Assembly (NCBI GenBank): GCA_021613535.1
Contig: CP075497.1
Location: forward strand, 7,874,001 to 7,938,000
Direction of reading: 5' to 3'
From: Adineta vaga
Taxonomy: Eukaryota > Animalia > Rotifera
DNA: 64,000 bases
This document shows positions 41,018-54,970 of this stretch, one piece after another. The notes under the pieces were generated by a model. The model was given only the letters and a program-made list of their open reading frames with translations, was not told the origin of the DNA and made no database searches. The first letter of the stretch is position 1. Each line of letters opens with the position of its first letter. The position numbers and the translations under genes are program-made.

Positions 41018-42199
41018 TTCTGTTCTTGTATTTGATACATATTGAGCTAATTTGGATCTTCTTCATAACCTTTCTTGCATAAAACGAAGAAGATTAGCTT
41101 GTTTTATTGCAAGCATTGTTTAAATGTATCGAATACAATTTCGTTTTCTTTTTCTCCTTTTTTCGTTTAAATAAAAAACTTATTTGATTATTTTAGTTGA
41201 GAAGAAATCGCAATAATTATTTAGGAATTGATTATGAATCAACGGAATATTAAGTAATTATTTGATTGTTCAAGACCATCAAGAAAATTTCTAGCATCAG
41301 CCTTTAAATGATGCACGGTAATCAAATTCTATTGGGAAAGAAATAGTAAAATCTAAATCATTTCGAAGAAATAAGATTTTTTCTAATGAATCATTCATTT
41401 ATTTTTAATTCTAATTATTAAACAATATATTTTCGACTCAATGAATAAAAAGTTAGTCTGAAAATGATAATGAAAGAATGCTGTTTTGTTCACTGTAAAG
41501 CGACAATTTACATCAAGATAAGTATCAGTTTTATTAATCAAAACATGTTCTTTCACGTTTCCGTTTTTGATGCTTTCTTGTTCGTGTTTTCAACTGAATT
41601 TCTTATCAACTTTATGTTTAAAAGACGTATCTGATTAAGGATAAATGATTTAATAGATAACATGATAATGGATCAATACTTGAATCTATTCCATCAAATC
41701 AAATTTGTATAACGCTTTCATCATGTGTAATTCTTGGAGATTGCATTTCTATCTCATATTTCATAATATTTAATAGGAGGTATTCAAAAAGAATATATTG
41801 AAACGAGGTTTCTTTCGATATTGATCAAACAATTAAGTTTATGAAAATAAAAAACGTTCAATTAATTTTAAAAGTCTTTATTCAAAACTTCTAATGCTTT
41901 TTTCATAAAACTAGTACTTCTGGTATAGTGACATTTTCGAATAAATCAAATAAAAGACGACAATGAGGCGCTCTCATTGATAACGAGTTTAAATATAAAC
42001 ATAAATGAGAAAAAAAGATCAATAATGAGAAAATCGACAGATATAAATGGAAGAATAATTCATATTGTAATCATTCTTCGAATGAATTTCAACAACAAAA
42101 AAACAAACAGTTGTGTAAAGAAAACAAACCAAAAGAAGGCGAAAGCGTGTTTCACATATAAAACACAAAGAAAATCTTATTATTTATCTCCGAGAACGT

Positions 42200-43145
42200 T
42201 TATTTGCTTGTTTTAAGATTTTTATTTAATCGAAATAACGCTTTCTTTTTCTTGTGATTAATAGAACCAAAATAATTTGACATCGAATGTTTGACTTTTG
42301 CTGTAGTTGTTGCTGTATCGTCGGGATGCATTTCTTCGACGTACTCTATGTAATGCAATTAAACGAATATAGAAATAAACAAAGATTAACTTACTGATGA
42401 TTTCATCAACAATTAATTTATCAACATCAGAAAGTTTACAGTTAAATTGTGGATCAGGAAACAGATATTTAAGAATTGAACGAGCAGTTGTTGTCTTGCT
42501 ATCTTTTTTCAGCGAAGTCAATATTTTATTATCAATCGTAAATGTTGAAAAACCACGTCCTGTTGTGTCATCATTATCAGAACATGTTATAGTAGCATTA
42601 TTATCATTCTTTGTTGGAATAACAGTATCATTATAATCGACTACAACATCCTGAACATTCATTGGAACAATACCATCAATATCACCTGTCATAAAACCAC
42701 TAATATCACCGCCTGCTGCAATACCATCTTTATTATTATTCGAGTTTTGTGATATTTCTTCACATAATTCTTGGATACTCACCATATCTTGAGGAATTAC
42801 TGGAAAAATACAATACAAATACGATCAAAACTTACAAACTTACCAGAACAAGTTTTTTCTAGAATTTCAACACGATATTCCAGATCAGCACATCGTCTTT
42901 TCAAATTCTTGATTTCAATTTCTTTATCATCAACAGTATTTGTATCAACTAATTCAATTGATCGTTTTTGACCAGCTACAAGTGGACTATCTAAATTCAT
43001 TAATTCAATAGTTAGAATCCATTACAAAAACAGTGCTAATTGTACATAACAAAAGAGCAGTTTTACGTTTACCATTTTCGGAAAGTGGATTATCATTTTC
43101 TTTTTCATCATTTGAACGTTTCACAACACTTTTCTTTCGAACCAT
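42200..43145 (-). CDS. Transposon accessory gene 2 (coiled coil plus BEN-like), outer copy
   Basis: Reverse complement of 27559-28504. Confidence 0.7.
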
Positions 43146-44040
43146 TATCGACCAAAATAAAATAAAAATTTTAAAATACAGCAACTAAAGAAACAATCGA
43201 AGATGTATTGCGATCCAGGTGTATTTATTCATCTGGAATAACAAACCAATGAAGACTTTGCAGTTCAATAGAGGTTTTTGTTCCTAATTCACTGTAATCG
43301 TTCAAGAACATTCAAATAGAAATCGAATCAGTCGAATATTAATTTTGCAGAAATTTATTAATTTAAAAAAGAATACCATACATGTACATATAAAGGAGCA
43401 ACAGATGTCGTTACCTCGCGGAGTTTCACCATCACGACCGTCTATTACAATGCATACATTTCGTAAACTTTCTTAAATCTCCTTACAGAACAGAAAGCCC
43501 TACTATCATTTAAAAAACAAAATTCTAACTTAATACTACAAAACTAAACAAGTCAACTACACTAAGAACTGATACGTATTGCATTGATTACATTCAGTTC
43601 ATTCTTTTCGATGAAACGATTACTTTTCAGTTTGCATCCAACCACCTATACCATTACATAGTCAACTCATTGAAGAAATAAGTACCAGCCTCTTTCGTCA
43701 TACTTTGACGATTAAAGCAGAATAATCCTACCATTTGTGTTCTCATTCACTCAAATATACCCATATCTTTCACCATGTATTACTGACTACAAACGTTCGT
43801 TCCTGTTAATCCCGATATTCTACATGGCACGATTAAATTTCAACGTAAACTAAATCACATATCCTGTACCTATATGAACATATTTCATGTTGCCCTTCTC
43901 CATCTTTCACTAAATCAAAGCAATCATAGAAACACACGACATACAAAACTTCTCAGATTAACATCTGCTACAACGATTACGACGTATCGTCTCCGAAAAG
44001 GTTTTTTTTGTGCGACCTACCGTGATAACAATATTCTCGG

Positions 44041-44558
44041 TTACAGATTACATTTATTGCGCGTAATCCAGATTACACCTCAGCGCCTATATATACCGCT
44101 CACTTTTCCAGCATCATTTCACTTCGCCGTAATCTAGATTACAGATTACATTTATTGCGCGTAATCTAGATTACACCTCAGCGCCTATATATACCGCTCA
44201 CTTTTCCAGCATCATTTCACTTCGTCGCAATCTAGATTACAGATTACATTTATTGCGCGTAATCTAGATTACACCTCAGCGCCTATATATACCACTCACT
44301 TTTGCAGCATCATTTCGCTTCGTCGCAATCTAGATTACAGATTACATTTCTTGCGCGTAATCTAGATTACACCTCAGCGCCTATATATACCGCTCACTTT
44401 TCCAGCATCATTTCGCTTCGTCGCAATCTAGATTACAGATTACATTTCTTGCGCGTAATCTAGATTACACCTCAGCGCCTATATATACCGCTCACTTTTC
44501 CAGCATCATTTCACTTCGCCGTAATCTAGATTACAGATTACATTTCTTGCGCGTAATC
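44041..44558 (-). repeat. 98-bp minisatellite, outer copy
   Basis: Reverse complement of 26146-26663. Confidence 0.95.
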
Positions 44559-44583
44559 AGGGTTAATCTTGAAAAATATACTA

Positions 44584-46135
44584 TAATCAAGGCGTAATCT
44601 GAGGTAATATAGGTGTAATCTGGTGTAATCTCGTGTAATCTAGGTGTAATATAGGTGGAATCGTGAAAAATATGCCGCAATCTAGGTGTAATTTGGTGTA
44701 ATCTAGGTGTAATCTGGTGTTATCCGGGTGGAATCTCGTGTAATCTAGGTGTAATCTGGTGTAATCTCGTGTAATCTAGGTGTAATATAGGTGGAATCGT
44801 GAAAAATATGCCGCAATCTAGGTGTAATCTAGTGTAATCTGGGTGTAATCTGGTGTAATATAGGTGTAATATAGGTGAAATCGTGAAAAATATGCGGCAA
44901 TCTAGGTGTAATCTGGTGTAATCTAGGTGAAATCTAGGTGTAATATAGGTGGAATCGTGAAAAATATGCCGCAATCTAGGTGTAATTTGGTGTAATCTAG
45001 GTGTAATCTCGTGTAATCTGGGTGTAATCTCGTGTAATCTGGGTGTCATCTCGTGTAATCTAGGTGTAGTTTGGTGTAATCTAGGTGTAATATAGTTGGA
45101 ATCGTGAAAAATATGCCGCAATCTAGGTGTAATCTAGTGTAATCTGGGTGTAATCTGGTGTAATCCGGGTGGAATCTCGTGTAATCTAGGTGTAATCTGG
45201 TGTAATCTAGGTGTAATCTCGTGTAATCTGGGTGTAATCTCGTGTAATCTGGGTGTCATCTCGTGTAATCTAGGTGTAATCTAGGTGTAATTTGGTGTAA
45301 TCTAGGTGTAATATAGTTGGAATCGTGAAAAATATGCCGCAATCTAGGTGTAATCTGGTGTAATCTAGGTGAAATCTAGGTGTAATATAGGTGGAATCGT
45401 GAAAAATATGCCGCAATCTAGGTGTAATTTGGTGTAATCTGGGTGTAATCTCGTGTAATCTGGGTGTCATCTCGTGTAATCTAGGTGTAATCTAGGTGTA
45501 ATTTGGTGTAATCTAGGTGTAATATAGTTGGAATCGTGAAAAATATGCCGCAATCTAGGTGTAATCTGGGTGTAATCTGGTGTAATATAGGTGTAATATA
45601 GGTGAAATCGTGAAAAATATGCGGCAATCTAGGTGTAATCTGGTGTAATCTAGGTGAAATCTAGGTGTAATATAGGTGGAATCGTGAAAAATATGCCGCA
45701 ATCTAGGTGTAATTTGGTGTAATCTAGGTGTAATCTCGTGTAATCTGGGTGTAATCTCGTGTAATCTGGGTGTCATCTCGTGTAATCTAGGTGTAATCTA
45801 GGTGTAATTTGGTGTAATCTAGGTGTAATATAGTTGGAATCGTGAAAAATATGCCGCAATCTAGGTGTAATCTGGTGTAATCTAGGTGAAATCTAGGTGT
45901 AATATAGGTGGAATCGTGAAAAATATGCCGCAATCTAGGTGTAATTTGGTGTAATCTAGGTGTAATCTCGTGTAATCTGGGTGTAATCTCGTGTAATCTG
46001 GGTGTCATCTCGTGTAATCTAGGTGTAGTTTGGTGTAATCTAGGTGTAATATAGGTGGAATCGTGAAAAATATGCCGCAATCTAGGTGTAATCTAGTGTA
46101 ATCTGGGTGTAATCTGGTGTAATCTAGGTGTAATC
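44584..46135 (-). repeat. GATTACA higher-order satellite (TAGGTGTAATC on the + strand), outer copy
   Basis: Reverse complement of 24569-26120, with the same unit order. Confidence 0.95.
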
Positions 46136-46173
46136 TCGGGGGAAGTTGCTGATTGCTGGATTTGCTTCTCTTT

Positions 46174-46436
46174 TTCCGATAAGAAGCGGTCGGATACTGG
46201 CAATATCCAGTGTTTTCCGTAGTCGGGATTCTGATGAAATCTGACATTGTTCTATGAGGAGTTCCTGTCGGATTCCGTCCGGTGCAATCCGCGTCGGAAT
46301 CCGTTGGTTAGGATTCCGGTGTAAGTCGGTTGGGTTCCGGTCGGATTTGTATGGTAATCCGACTGATTCCGATGCAATCCGATGTCGGATCTGATAAGAT
46401 CCTGTCGGATCTACCGGTCGGATCGAATCACCTGGG
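46174..46436. repeat. Right-end subterminal repeats and TIR, outer copy
   Basis: Reverse complement of 24268-24530. Confidence 0.85.
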
Positions 46437-47577
46437 TAGCAAAAAGAAGCAACAGAAAGAGGATTTCTATGTATGAATGTTAACAAAACAAAACAGAAAA
46501 TTCAATTAGCGACGAAAAAAACAGCAAGCTACTATAGAACAGTGGCGTCTGTTGGGATAAATAACACATACAAAAAAAGAATTAATACTGTAGTTACTTA
46601 TGTGTCTTTTTTTGTTGTTATGTTGGATATAGAAAGATATATACAGCCTTTGGTTGCCTTCGCTCCTAATCGAGTAAGAGAAAAATATCTGTCTGTATTC
46701 GAGTTGATGATCAAGTAAGATTATGATTACGTTTTCTAATGATGATACTGAGTTTTTGTTTTGTTTCTCTGTCAATTAATTGAATAAACATGAGAATAAG
46801 ATAAACTTACATATTGAAGAGGAAAAAAAAGCATTATTTTGTTATTTGCATTAGAAGATGTTTAGCCAAGAAATAGTTATCAGAAATAAAAGGGTAAAAG
46901 ACAGTTTGTCACATGGAGAAAATAGAGAGAACTGCTTATACTGTCTTATTCGGTCAAAGCAAAGCAAACAAGACAAAGAAGAAGAACAACGGAAAGTTAT
47001 ATGAGAGAAAAAGAACAAAGAAAGAAAAAGAGGAAAAAAGAAAGAACAGAAGAAAAAGAGGAGAAAAGAAGTTGCATAGTTGAATCTCTCACGAAAGAAA
47101 GAAGAACGAAGAAAATCTTGAATACTTTTATAACCAATCAATAAAATGAATGTTATGTCGAAGATTGTAGATTTTATTTTTCGAGAAATTTTCAGATTTT
47201 TTTACTATAATAATATAATATGTATGCAATACTTATTCGATAGATGACACTATATAACAGCAATGCTATGATCATTGAAGTATATATATTCAATTTGTAT
47301 ATTATATTAAATAAAACATGACAGTTATACAATGCTGTTTGTATTTTTATACAGTCAACTAATTCATCCGTATAGTAAATTTGAATATGTTATTCAATCT
47401 GAAGAGTATACTATATGAATTTCAAGTGCTCCTAAATAACTCAATCGAATATTGAAGTCAACGACTGCAGATATTTCTTCTTTCTTATAAAAATTTATTT
47501 TCTATTTGGGATTGTATTCATATTTCAATAAGATTGTCAAACATGCATTCTTCAATCAATAATCAAGCGTCGCTAAA

Positions 47578-49539
47578 TTATTCTTTACGTTGCGATTGTA
47601 AATTCTTTGTACTAATAAATGTTTGTATGCTGTCCAATCGACTTCACGTTGTAATTTCTTTTGTAATTCTTCATCCGTAACATAAGGTCGAACCTAAAGA
47701 AAAAGATTTATGAATGTTAACAAATGAACTGATCTTCTTTCTCTTATAATTAGGAAATTACTTCGCGTCGTAATCGATCGAATAAATTTTCAGGTGTCAT
47801 TTTAATGAAAAAACTTTTCAATATTCGAATACATTCAGCTCCATCAGAGACTAATGTAACACTAAGAGCATTTTTCAATTGACCAAAAACTACACTAACC
47901 AAACCCTTATAAATAGAACAACAAATTAGTTATATAATTCGAAATTTCATATTGACTTACAAAAACACTCTTTTCTCGAATTTGTTCGATTTCAGTATAG
48001 CATCTATCTGCTTTTATTGGTCTTTTCGACTAAAAAATATCAAATACTTTTTCCAATGTATAACTTAAAACTTTATTTGATTTACTTTATTGAATGTACC
48101 CAATGCTTCCATACTGTATTCTGAAACACGTTTCGTTCCAAAATTATCATAAATTATATGTGGTTTCTTTCGTGTTCTTAATTTCGGTGTTACTTGTGTT
48201 AAGGCTTTAATAACTCGACAAGAACCTGTACGAACAATATAAATCCATTCATCTTCATTCGAATCTTTACACATTAATGTTCCCATTCTTGAAAAAACAA
48301 AAGAAAAATTTACATTTGAATAGCTTGATCTTTCTATTGAATATGTATCTGTTTACCGATAATATACAACTTGACAGATGTTTGGATTATTATGAGGAAT
48401 TTTATCAATAGGAAATCCACGGAACTAATTCATATAAGAAATTCGAATTACTAAAATATAATTATCGATTTCTTACTTCAGGTATTTGTCGTAGAAATGT
48501 AATGAAATCAGGTTCAGTTTCTTTGTCATGTGCCATAAATATTTTAATAAAATCTTCTTGTTCAATGGCTAACATTGTCACATCAGTGTGACAAGAAACT
48601 GTAGCTGTTCGTCGTTGACCATTGATAAGTGCAACCTCCTGTATTACAAGTAAAAAACTTTCGTAAATTGATCATAATTTTCAAATTGAATGATTCTTAC
48701 ACCAAAAGAACTGCCTTTTTTGAGTGCTGCAACAAGATTTGAACTGACGGTATGTGTTAATGGATTTTCGCGTAACTTATACACATCAGCTTTGATTAAA
48801 AACAAAAGGCACAAAAGATACGATGAGACTGATTCTTCGAGAAAACTTTACTTACTAATCCCATCGATGATTAAATAGAAATTCTTAGCACGATGTCCTT
48901 CACGCAAAATAACACGACCTCTTTCAAATTCTTCTAGAACACCAATACGTGCTAGAGCATACTGACGTTGAAGTGGAAATTCTAGAAAATGAATCTTTCA
49001 AATAATATCAATTCTTTAATATCAAAATGAACCTGTAAAAGACGAAATTGTTTGTCCTAAACCAACTACAGCTAATCGAATGTCTTCCTCAGTTCTTGTT
49101 GCTGGATCAGATTTTAAAATCTTTCGAATATTTCTTCCAATTGTTTCCTTAAAGATTCACATTATGATAAAATTTTCACAACATTTTCTACTCTTTTACT
49201 TCTACAGGTCGTCGAAATTTGCTCAAATCAAAAAGAATTTCAGAATTATCATACAATTCTTCTTTTTGTTCACGTAATGAATCAATTGCATATTTTCGAA
49301 TAATCAAACAAACACGAATTGCATAACGAACAAGTCGCAAGAATTTCCACAATTTTTTATGATACTAAATTATTCCAAGTTTCTAATCAATGCATTGATT
49401 TTTCTCAAATTCGACTTACATATTCTCGATTAACTGATTGTCGACGTTTCGTTCGATGTGAAAGTGTTAAATGTTGATGAAGAGAATTCTGTGTACTTGT
49501 CCTACGAAACGAACCCGGTGTTGCACCACGCGAAGACAT
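47578..49539 (-). CDS. Cyclic-nucleotide-binding-domain protein (CNBD2-like), multi-exon
   Basis: Spliced frame contains 'RVILREGHRAKNFYLIIDG', 'KGSSFGEVALINGQRRTATVSC' and a second CNB-like 'WIYIVRTGSCRV'. Confidence 0.75.
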
Positions 49540-49806
49540 TGACTTACTTGCATAAAAGCAAAAGAAAATGAATATTATACGTTAGTTTTATATAATTAAC
49601 TATGACAGGATGAAGAAAGAAAGAAAAAATTAATAAAATAACATTGAAATGGTTTCCTTTCTCCATCATGAAAATTGTTTGTAGATAGACAATTGAAAAA
49701 GAGAAAATAACCACTTATGTATTAGACAAGAACAGTTGGATTTATTTAAAAAATATATAAAAAGAAGTATAAGAAGAAAAAATATATATTCTATTTTATT
49801 CACATA

Positions 49807-52800
49807 TTAATGATTCATTGTCACTGGATCGATATTTTCACCGTCTCTAGAAGATTTACAATGGAATGATAAAAAAAAATAAACTTTTCTTTCAAAATAT
49901 ATTTACGGTAGTTGAGTTTGAAAGATGAAGGCATCATTTTTATTTGATGGTAGATGCGCATCTTGACAAATATTTAACGATGGTTCATTAAGAACAACAT
50001 TAGGATTCGAGTTCTTCTTATTTACTAAAACCAGAAAAAGAGAAAAGAAATTATAATCATCCGAATAAATTGGATTTACATTGTAAATCATGTGGATTGA
50101 AATATTCTTCATTATCCGATATACTTGTATCTTCAGCAAATTCTAAATCAAAGAATAAGACTATGTAAATAAAATTATATTCATTCAGCTATAGTACGTG
50201 TATGTGGAAGTGGTATATGCGAAGATTGATAAGAAGAAATCGTTCTTGCAGATGATATTGATCTATATGAGAAGTAAAATTCAAATGATTTAAATAAATA
50301 GTCAAGGAGTATTTTTTGTTATGAAAAACATTTCATTCGTATCTTGACAGATGAAATCTCTGTCGTAAAATCCATTATGTACATTTGACATATACTCGAT
50401 CAAAAAAAGAAACTCATTTGCATACTCTTCATTACAAGTAAGCAAATAAAAAAGTGTTTCCATTGATCAAGTTATTTAAATTGACGAATGTACAATGAAA
50501 GTTTGAGTAGAACTTTTTTTATATACTCACTCTGCTGATGCTTCTTCCCATTTGAGACCTTTGTGAAGAGAAAATTCAAGTTTTCGAAATTTTGATAAAT
50601 CATCACTGGGAGTAGGTTGACGAAGACGAGGAACACTTTTCTTTGGTAGTAACTTATTCACAACAACTGTTTCACTTTGAACGATGGATGGTTTTGAAAT
50701 TGGTTTAGATACATGATCTATAGTTGATGAGATATGCACATTAGAAGGATTTATTGATAGATGATGATTATCTGGTGATATGACGTTTTCATCATTAGCA
50801 GAAATTGTCGTTGTCGAAGATGATGTATTTACGATTGGTTCAGGAGATGAAAGACTTTTTGATGATAAAGATCTATTCGATTTTGGTGTTGCTGGTACTG
50901 GTGAAGAAGCTTTTGAAGTTAAATTCGACGATGAAGAATTTCTAGCTATTGGTATTGGTGATGATACTTTGACAGTCGATGTGGATGATTTTCTCGTTGG
51001 TATTGGTGCAAGAGACTTATGCAATACGGCTGAATTTTTTCTTGACGATGTTGCTAATGGTTCCATATTTGGATTGAGAAGATCAGCGTCTGATGATGTC
51101 AAATCAATATGAAGTGAAGAAGATAAGAGTGATGAATCTTGTTGACTACGATTATTCATTTGAGATACCGTATGTTGAGGTGTTTCATCAAGAATAATCG
51201 AATGACTTGAATCGGTAAGTGATAAAGTGTGAATTGATGATTGACGTGAAACAACTCTTCTTTCTTGTTCTCGTTGTTCAATTGCATGATTTTCTCCGTC
51301 ATGTTGCCATTTTTTTGATGATGAACATTCAAGAATTAATGGTGGTGAGATTGGTGATGGTATAACTTGTTGAAGTAAAACATCCGTAAAAAATGCATCA
51401 TCAGCTGCATTTCTCGATGATGCCGAATGAATTCTATTGTTTTTATTCAATGAATGTGAAAAACTAAATGGAGAATCTCGTTTCATTGTTGTTGCTATGG
51501 ATTCAATTGGAACAAGACGCGTAAAAGAATGTTCCTTATCTGATTTAATTGAGAGAACTGTTTCAGATAAACGATTCATTTGATTGGCTAGTTCTAATTT
51601 AGTTCGATCAACAATATCATCAAGAACTAAATTAAATCGAGCGATTGAGTATTCATCGACGACATTTGACTGAGTGTCTGATTCTCGTTCTGATATACTC
51701 GTTGGATTAGACAGAGTTGATACTATTGAAACGAAAAAACAAACAAATGAATGAATTCAGGATAAAACATATTCAATTTATCTATACGTTGATGCATTCT
51801 ATCGGGATAAGACGAGAAGGGATGTGTTAAAAGTGTTGGTGAAGAAACTGGTGATTCTTGTTCGATTGAATGTCTAAAATATTTGAATGTAATAGTTTAA
51901 GATTAAAAAAGTAATCATTTTCAAGTACGAAAGTTGAGGAGGATGTATTTTTGAGTTGGATTGTTTTATTAATGAACTAGGTGAACGGGAACGAGATTTT
52001 TTTGATAAATGATTAGCTTGTTGTCGTTGTTCACCAGTTTTTTTAAGTTTATTTTTGTCACGATTATTTCGATTCTCTTGAACGATTGTTTCTCGTTCAC
52101 TAAAAATGAAAATAAATCAGACGATAGAGAATATTTATTATCAAAAGCCAGCAATTTTGACCGATAAACTAGCCATGCATGTGATTCGTTCTATTACCTT
52201 TTAGCTCGTTGTACTTTTGATGCGTCATTATTCAAACGCTAGAAATAGATCCAAAACTCATAGACCAAAATATTAATGCTACTTACTTCACTATTGGTTC
52301 TAGAGGGTGAAGGATTTGTTCGATCAGACACTGAATGTCGTGCCTGAGTTTTGATGTTTACTTTTGGTTGTTGTTGTTGTTGTTGTTGTTGGATAAGACT
52401 GGCTCTTTTCGGTCGATGAACATAAACTGCTTGACTATTTTTATCAACCAAACGAAACGTTCTTGTAAAAGATTGTTCGTTGGATGTCTTTTTCATTGTA
52501 TTAAATTCAATATTTGGTAGTTTCTCAGACGATTCAAACTGATCTACAGTTGGATCATGTATAGAAGTAATAACTTCAGCTTTTGACGAAATTCTTCTCG
52601 GTTTATTATTATCATTATGTATGAATGCTTGTCGAGATGATGAAAGATTCGTTTTTTCATTATTTGATTCATTCGTTTTATTTTTATTAACTGTTATGAC
52701 ATATCGTCTCTCTGCATCATTAATGTCCTGTCGATGCGATGATAATGGAGGACTAACATCAGTACGATGAGATTGTGATTTCTTTGGAGATACTGATTCG

Positions 52801-53447
52801 TCAGTTAATAAAATATAATGATGACGTTGTAAAGCACCTCGAACATGAAATTGATCAAAACAATGAGTACAATAATTTTCACCACATTCAAGACATTTCT
52901 ATAATATGAAAATGATTGAAACTTTCTTGATGACAACAGTTTTATTTACCATCGCAGCTTTTTCTCTTTCACATTGACCACAAGCACTGCTCGTTTGAAT
53001 TGTGAATGCTTTCGTCGCAACGGTACGACCTGAACAAAAAAAATGATCGACAGATAATAGTCGTTAACAAAAGTTGTCAGTTTACCTGAGGGTTTATCAT
53101 GTAAAACATCGGTAGTATATTGTGATGGCCCCCTATTCGAATCTGTTCGATTTGCTTCAGAACTTTTAACAAACATCAAAATGAAATTTTTCGAAAAAAA
53201 AACTCAAAGTGTCAAACATACAATGATTTTGTTGGTTCACGATGTGTTGTTACTTTTAATTTCTTCAAACCACCTTCAAGTGCTTTTGTTTTTCTTTCAT
53301 ACAACTCGTTAGTTAATGTGCTGAATAAATTATAAAGATGTCAAAAAAAGAATATTTTTTTCTTAAATGTTCAATTTACTGAGAATTAGAGTTTGTTGTT
53401 ATTGATGTTTGTGATGACAAGCGAGATCTATTTCGTAAACTAGACAT
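49807..53447 (-). CDS. B-box zinc-finger protein (ZBBX-like) with long S-rich low-complexity tail, multi-exon
   Basis: 'ACGQCERKAAM..CLECGENYCTHCFDQFHVRGALQRHH' across exons at about 53030-52820, followed by the ORF 50527-51579. Gene ends are approximate. Confidence 0.6.
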
Positions 53448-53937
53448 GATCTAATAATTTAATGAATATTTAACACGAATTTGACAGAACCATCGATGCA
53501 TGTTGACGTCTAGTAGCTGCCTCTTTTATACACAACTGTCAAATGGCAACAGATGCCGCGCTTTCAAAGGTAAATTAACTTTATTTACTCATTCTGATTC
53601 TTCATTTCTAGTTTTCAAATAGGTAACTATGAAACTCCTTAAGTTTTATTCCGGAATACAAGTGGGTGAATGTAAATATGAAAATATAGAATGTGAGAAA
53701 ACAACTTTCGAGATACTCTGTACACTTAAGTTATAAGGATATGAAAAGGAAAAAAGATTTCTAACTACATTATCACAGCGTGTTGAATGCTTGGTTGAGT
53801 AATTGAAAGAAGAAAGAAAAACAAATGAAGAAGAAGAAGAAGAAAAATAGTTTATTAGTATATAAATGATTTTTTTTGATTGTCTTGTTTTTAAAGTTTA
53901 ATCACGTATAGATAACGTTTTTATTTGTTCTCGTTAA

Positions 53938-54970
53938 TTAGATTTGTTGATCTTTTTCTTTATAACCATATGAATCATTATGAACAGCATAAGGAGGTGG
54001 AACCATATCTTGACCAAAAGCTGATCCATGATATGTTTGTTCTGCTTCGATTTGTTTTTCATTATCAACAAATTCACCTTCTGTTGCTTCTTCTTCGTTC
54101 ATTGGTTGCCAACCTGCAGAATTCATATATTGATCATATGCTTGTTGAAATGTATGTTCATAACGTTTATAATAATAATAGAAGAAGAAAGTACAACCAA
54201 TACAAACCAAGAAACCGAAGATTAAAACAACAGCTAAGATCATGACAATAGTATAGATAACGCGATCATCAGATAACATATCCAAACTATCGAGAAGTGA
54301 ACCGATGTAATTGCGACATTCGATATTACCTAATTGACACCAACATTGCATTTTATTTTCGACAGATTTCATTACCACACCTACGAAATGAGAAATATAG
54401 AAAATCCTCTATGAGTTCTTTAACTTCAAACTAACCATGTGGAAATGTAACGCCATTGTATACACATGAATTTCGAGCAACTTCATAACCACATTGTGCA
54501 CAGCATTGACCATCTTTACGATATGGCATAGTATTATCAATACAATAGGTTGGTAAACATTGAAGTTGTTGACAACGAATAGCACGTGATGTAGTACATT
54601 GACACATTGAACAAATAGAATTCATATATGTGAAGCCAAGTGAAATATAAGTACCATTACTAAAACGACACCAATGAGCATGTTCAAGTACTGTTGGTTC
54701 TGATGTTGTCATTGTATTAGTTGTACTTGATGATTGACTTTGTTCTTCTGAACTATCATGGATATCACTTTCGGTAGTAGTTTTAGATGTGGATGGGTTA
54801 CATGGAGGATCATATGGATTTTGTGCTGGATTATTTGTGCACGGTCTTGGGTGTTCGTGTCCATGACCATGTGCATGTCGCGCATGTAAACGGTGATCTT
54901 TTTCACCACCAACACTAATAATCAGTGCACTAAATACTGCTATAATTATCGCTGCACGTAAATCAGTCAT
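53938..54970 (-). CDS. Type I membrane protein with two VWC (chordin-type Cys-rich) domains and cytoplasmic PPPY motif, 2 exons
   Basis: Signal peptide, 'CSMCQC..IRCQQLQC..C...GQCCAQC', 'CVYNG..F.HG...CWCQLGNIEC', a TM segment and 'PPPY'. Confidence 0.8.

Larger units (their letters stand above)
19189..46436 (+). mobile_element. Outer EnSpm/CACTA (CMC superfamily) DNA transposon, 13,622 bp (19189-24267 plus 37894-46436), interrupted by an inverted copy of itself
   Basis: Begins TA|CCCAGGTCAAAA (19189) and ends TCACCTGGG|TA (46436), giving a 7-bp TIR CCCAGGT and a 2-bp TSD TA. Dense subterminal repeats and a TnpD-like transposase are present. Confidence 0.93.

Noticed and set aside
44584-46135. 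Telomeric or interstitial telomere repeat, or Athena/Terminon retroelement
   Set aside because: The unit TAGGTGTAATC has no consistent G-tract hexamer, it is internal to a TIR element and no reverse transcriptase is present.
19189-46436. Pure mis-assembly or foldback chimera as the explanation of the inverted duplications
   Set aside because: Breakpoints fall exactly at TIRs with a clean AC duplication and the copies differ by a 2-bp indel. An artefact is unlikely, though not excluded without reads.
50780-51112. 110-aa acidic ORF on the + strand (similarly 231-611, 28068-28307 and 53925-54245)
   Set aside because: Antisense shadows of real coding exons.
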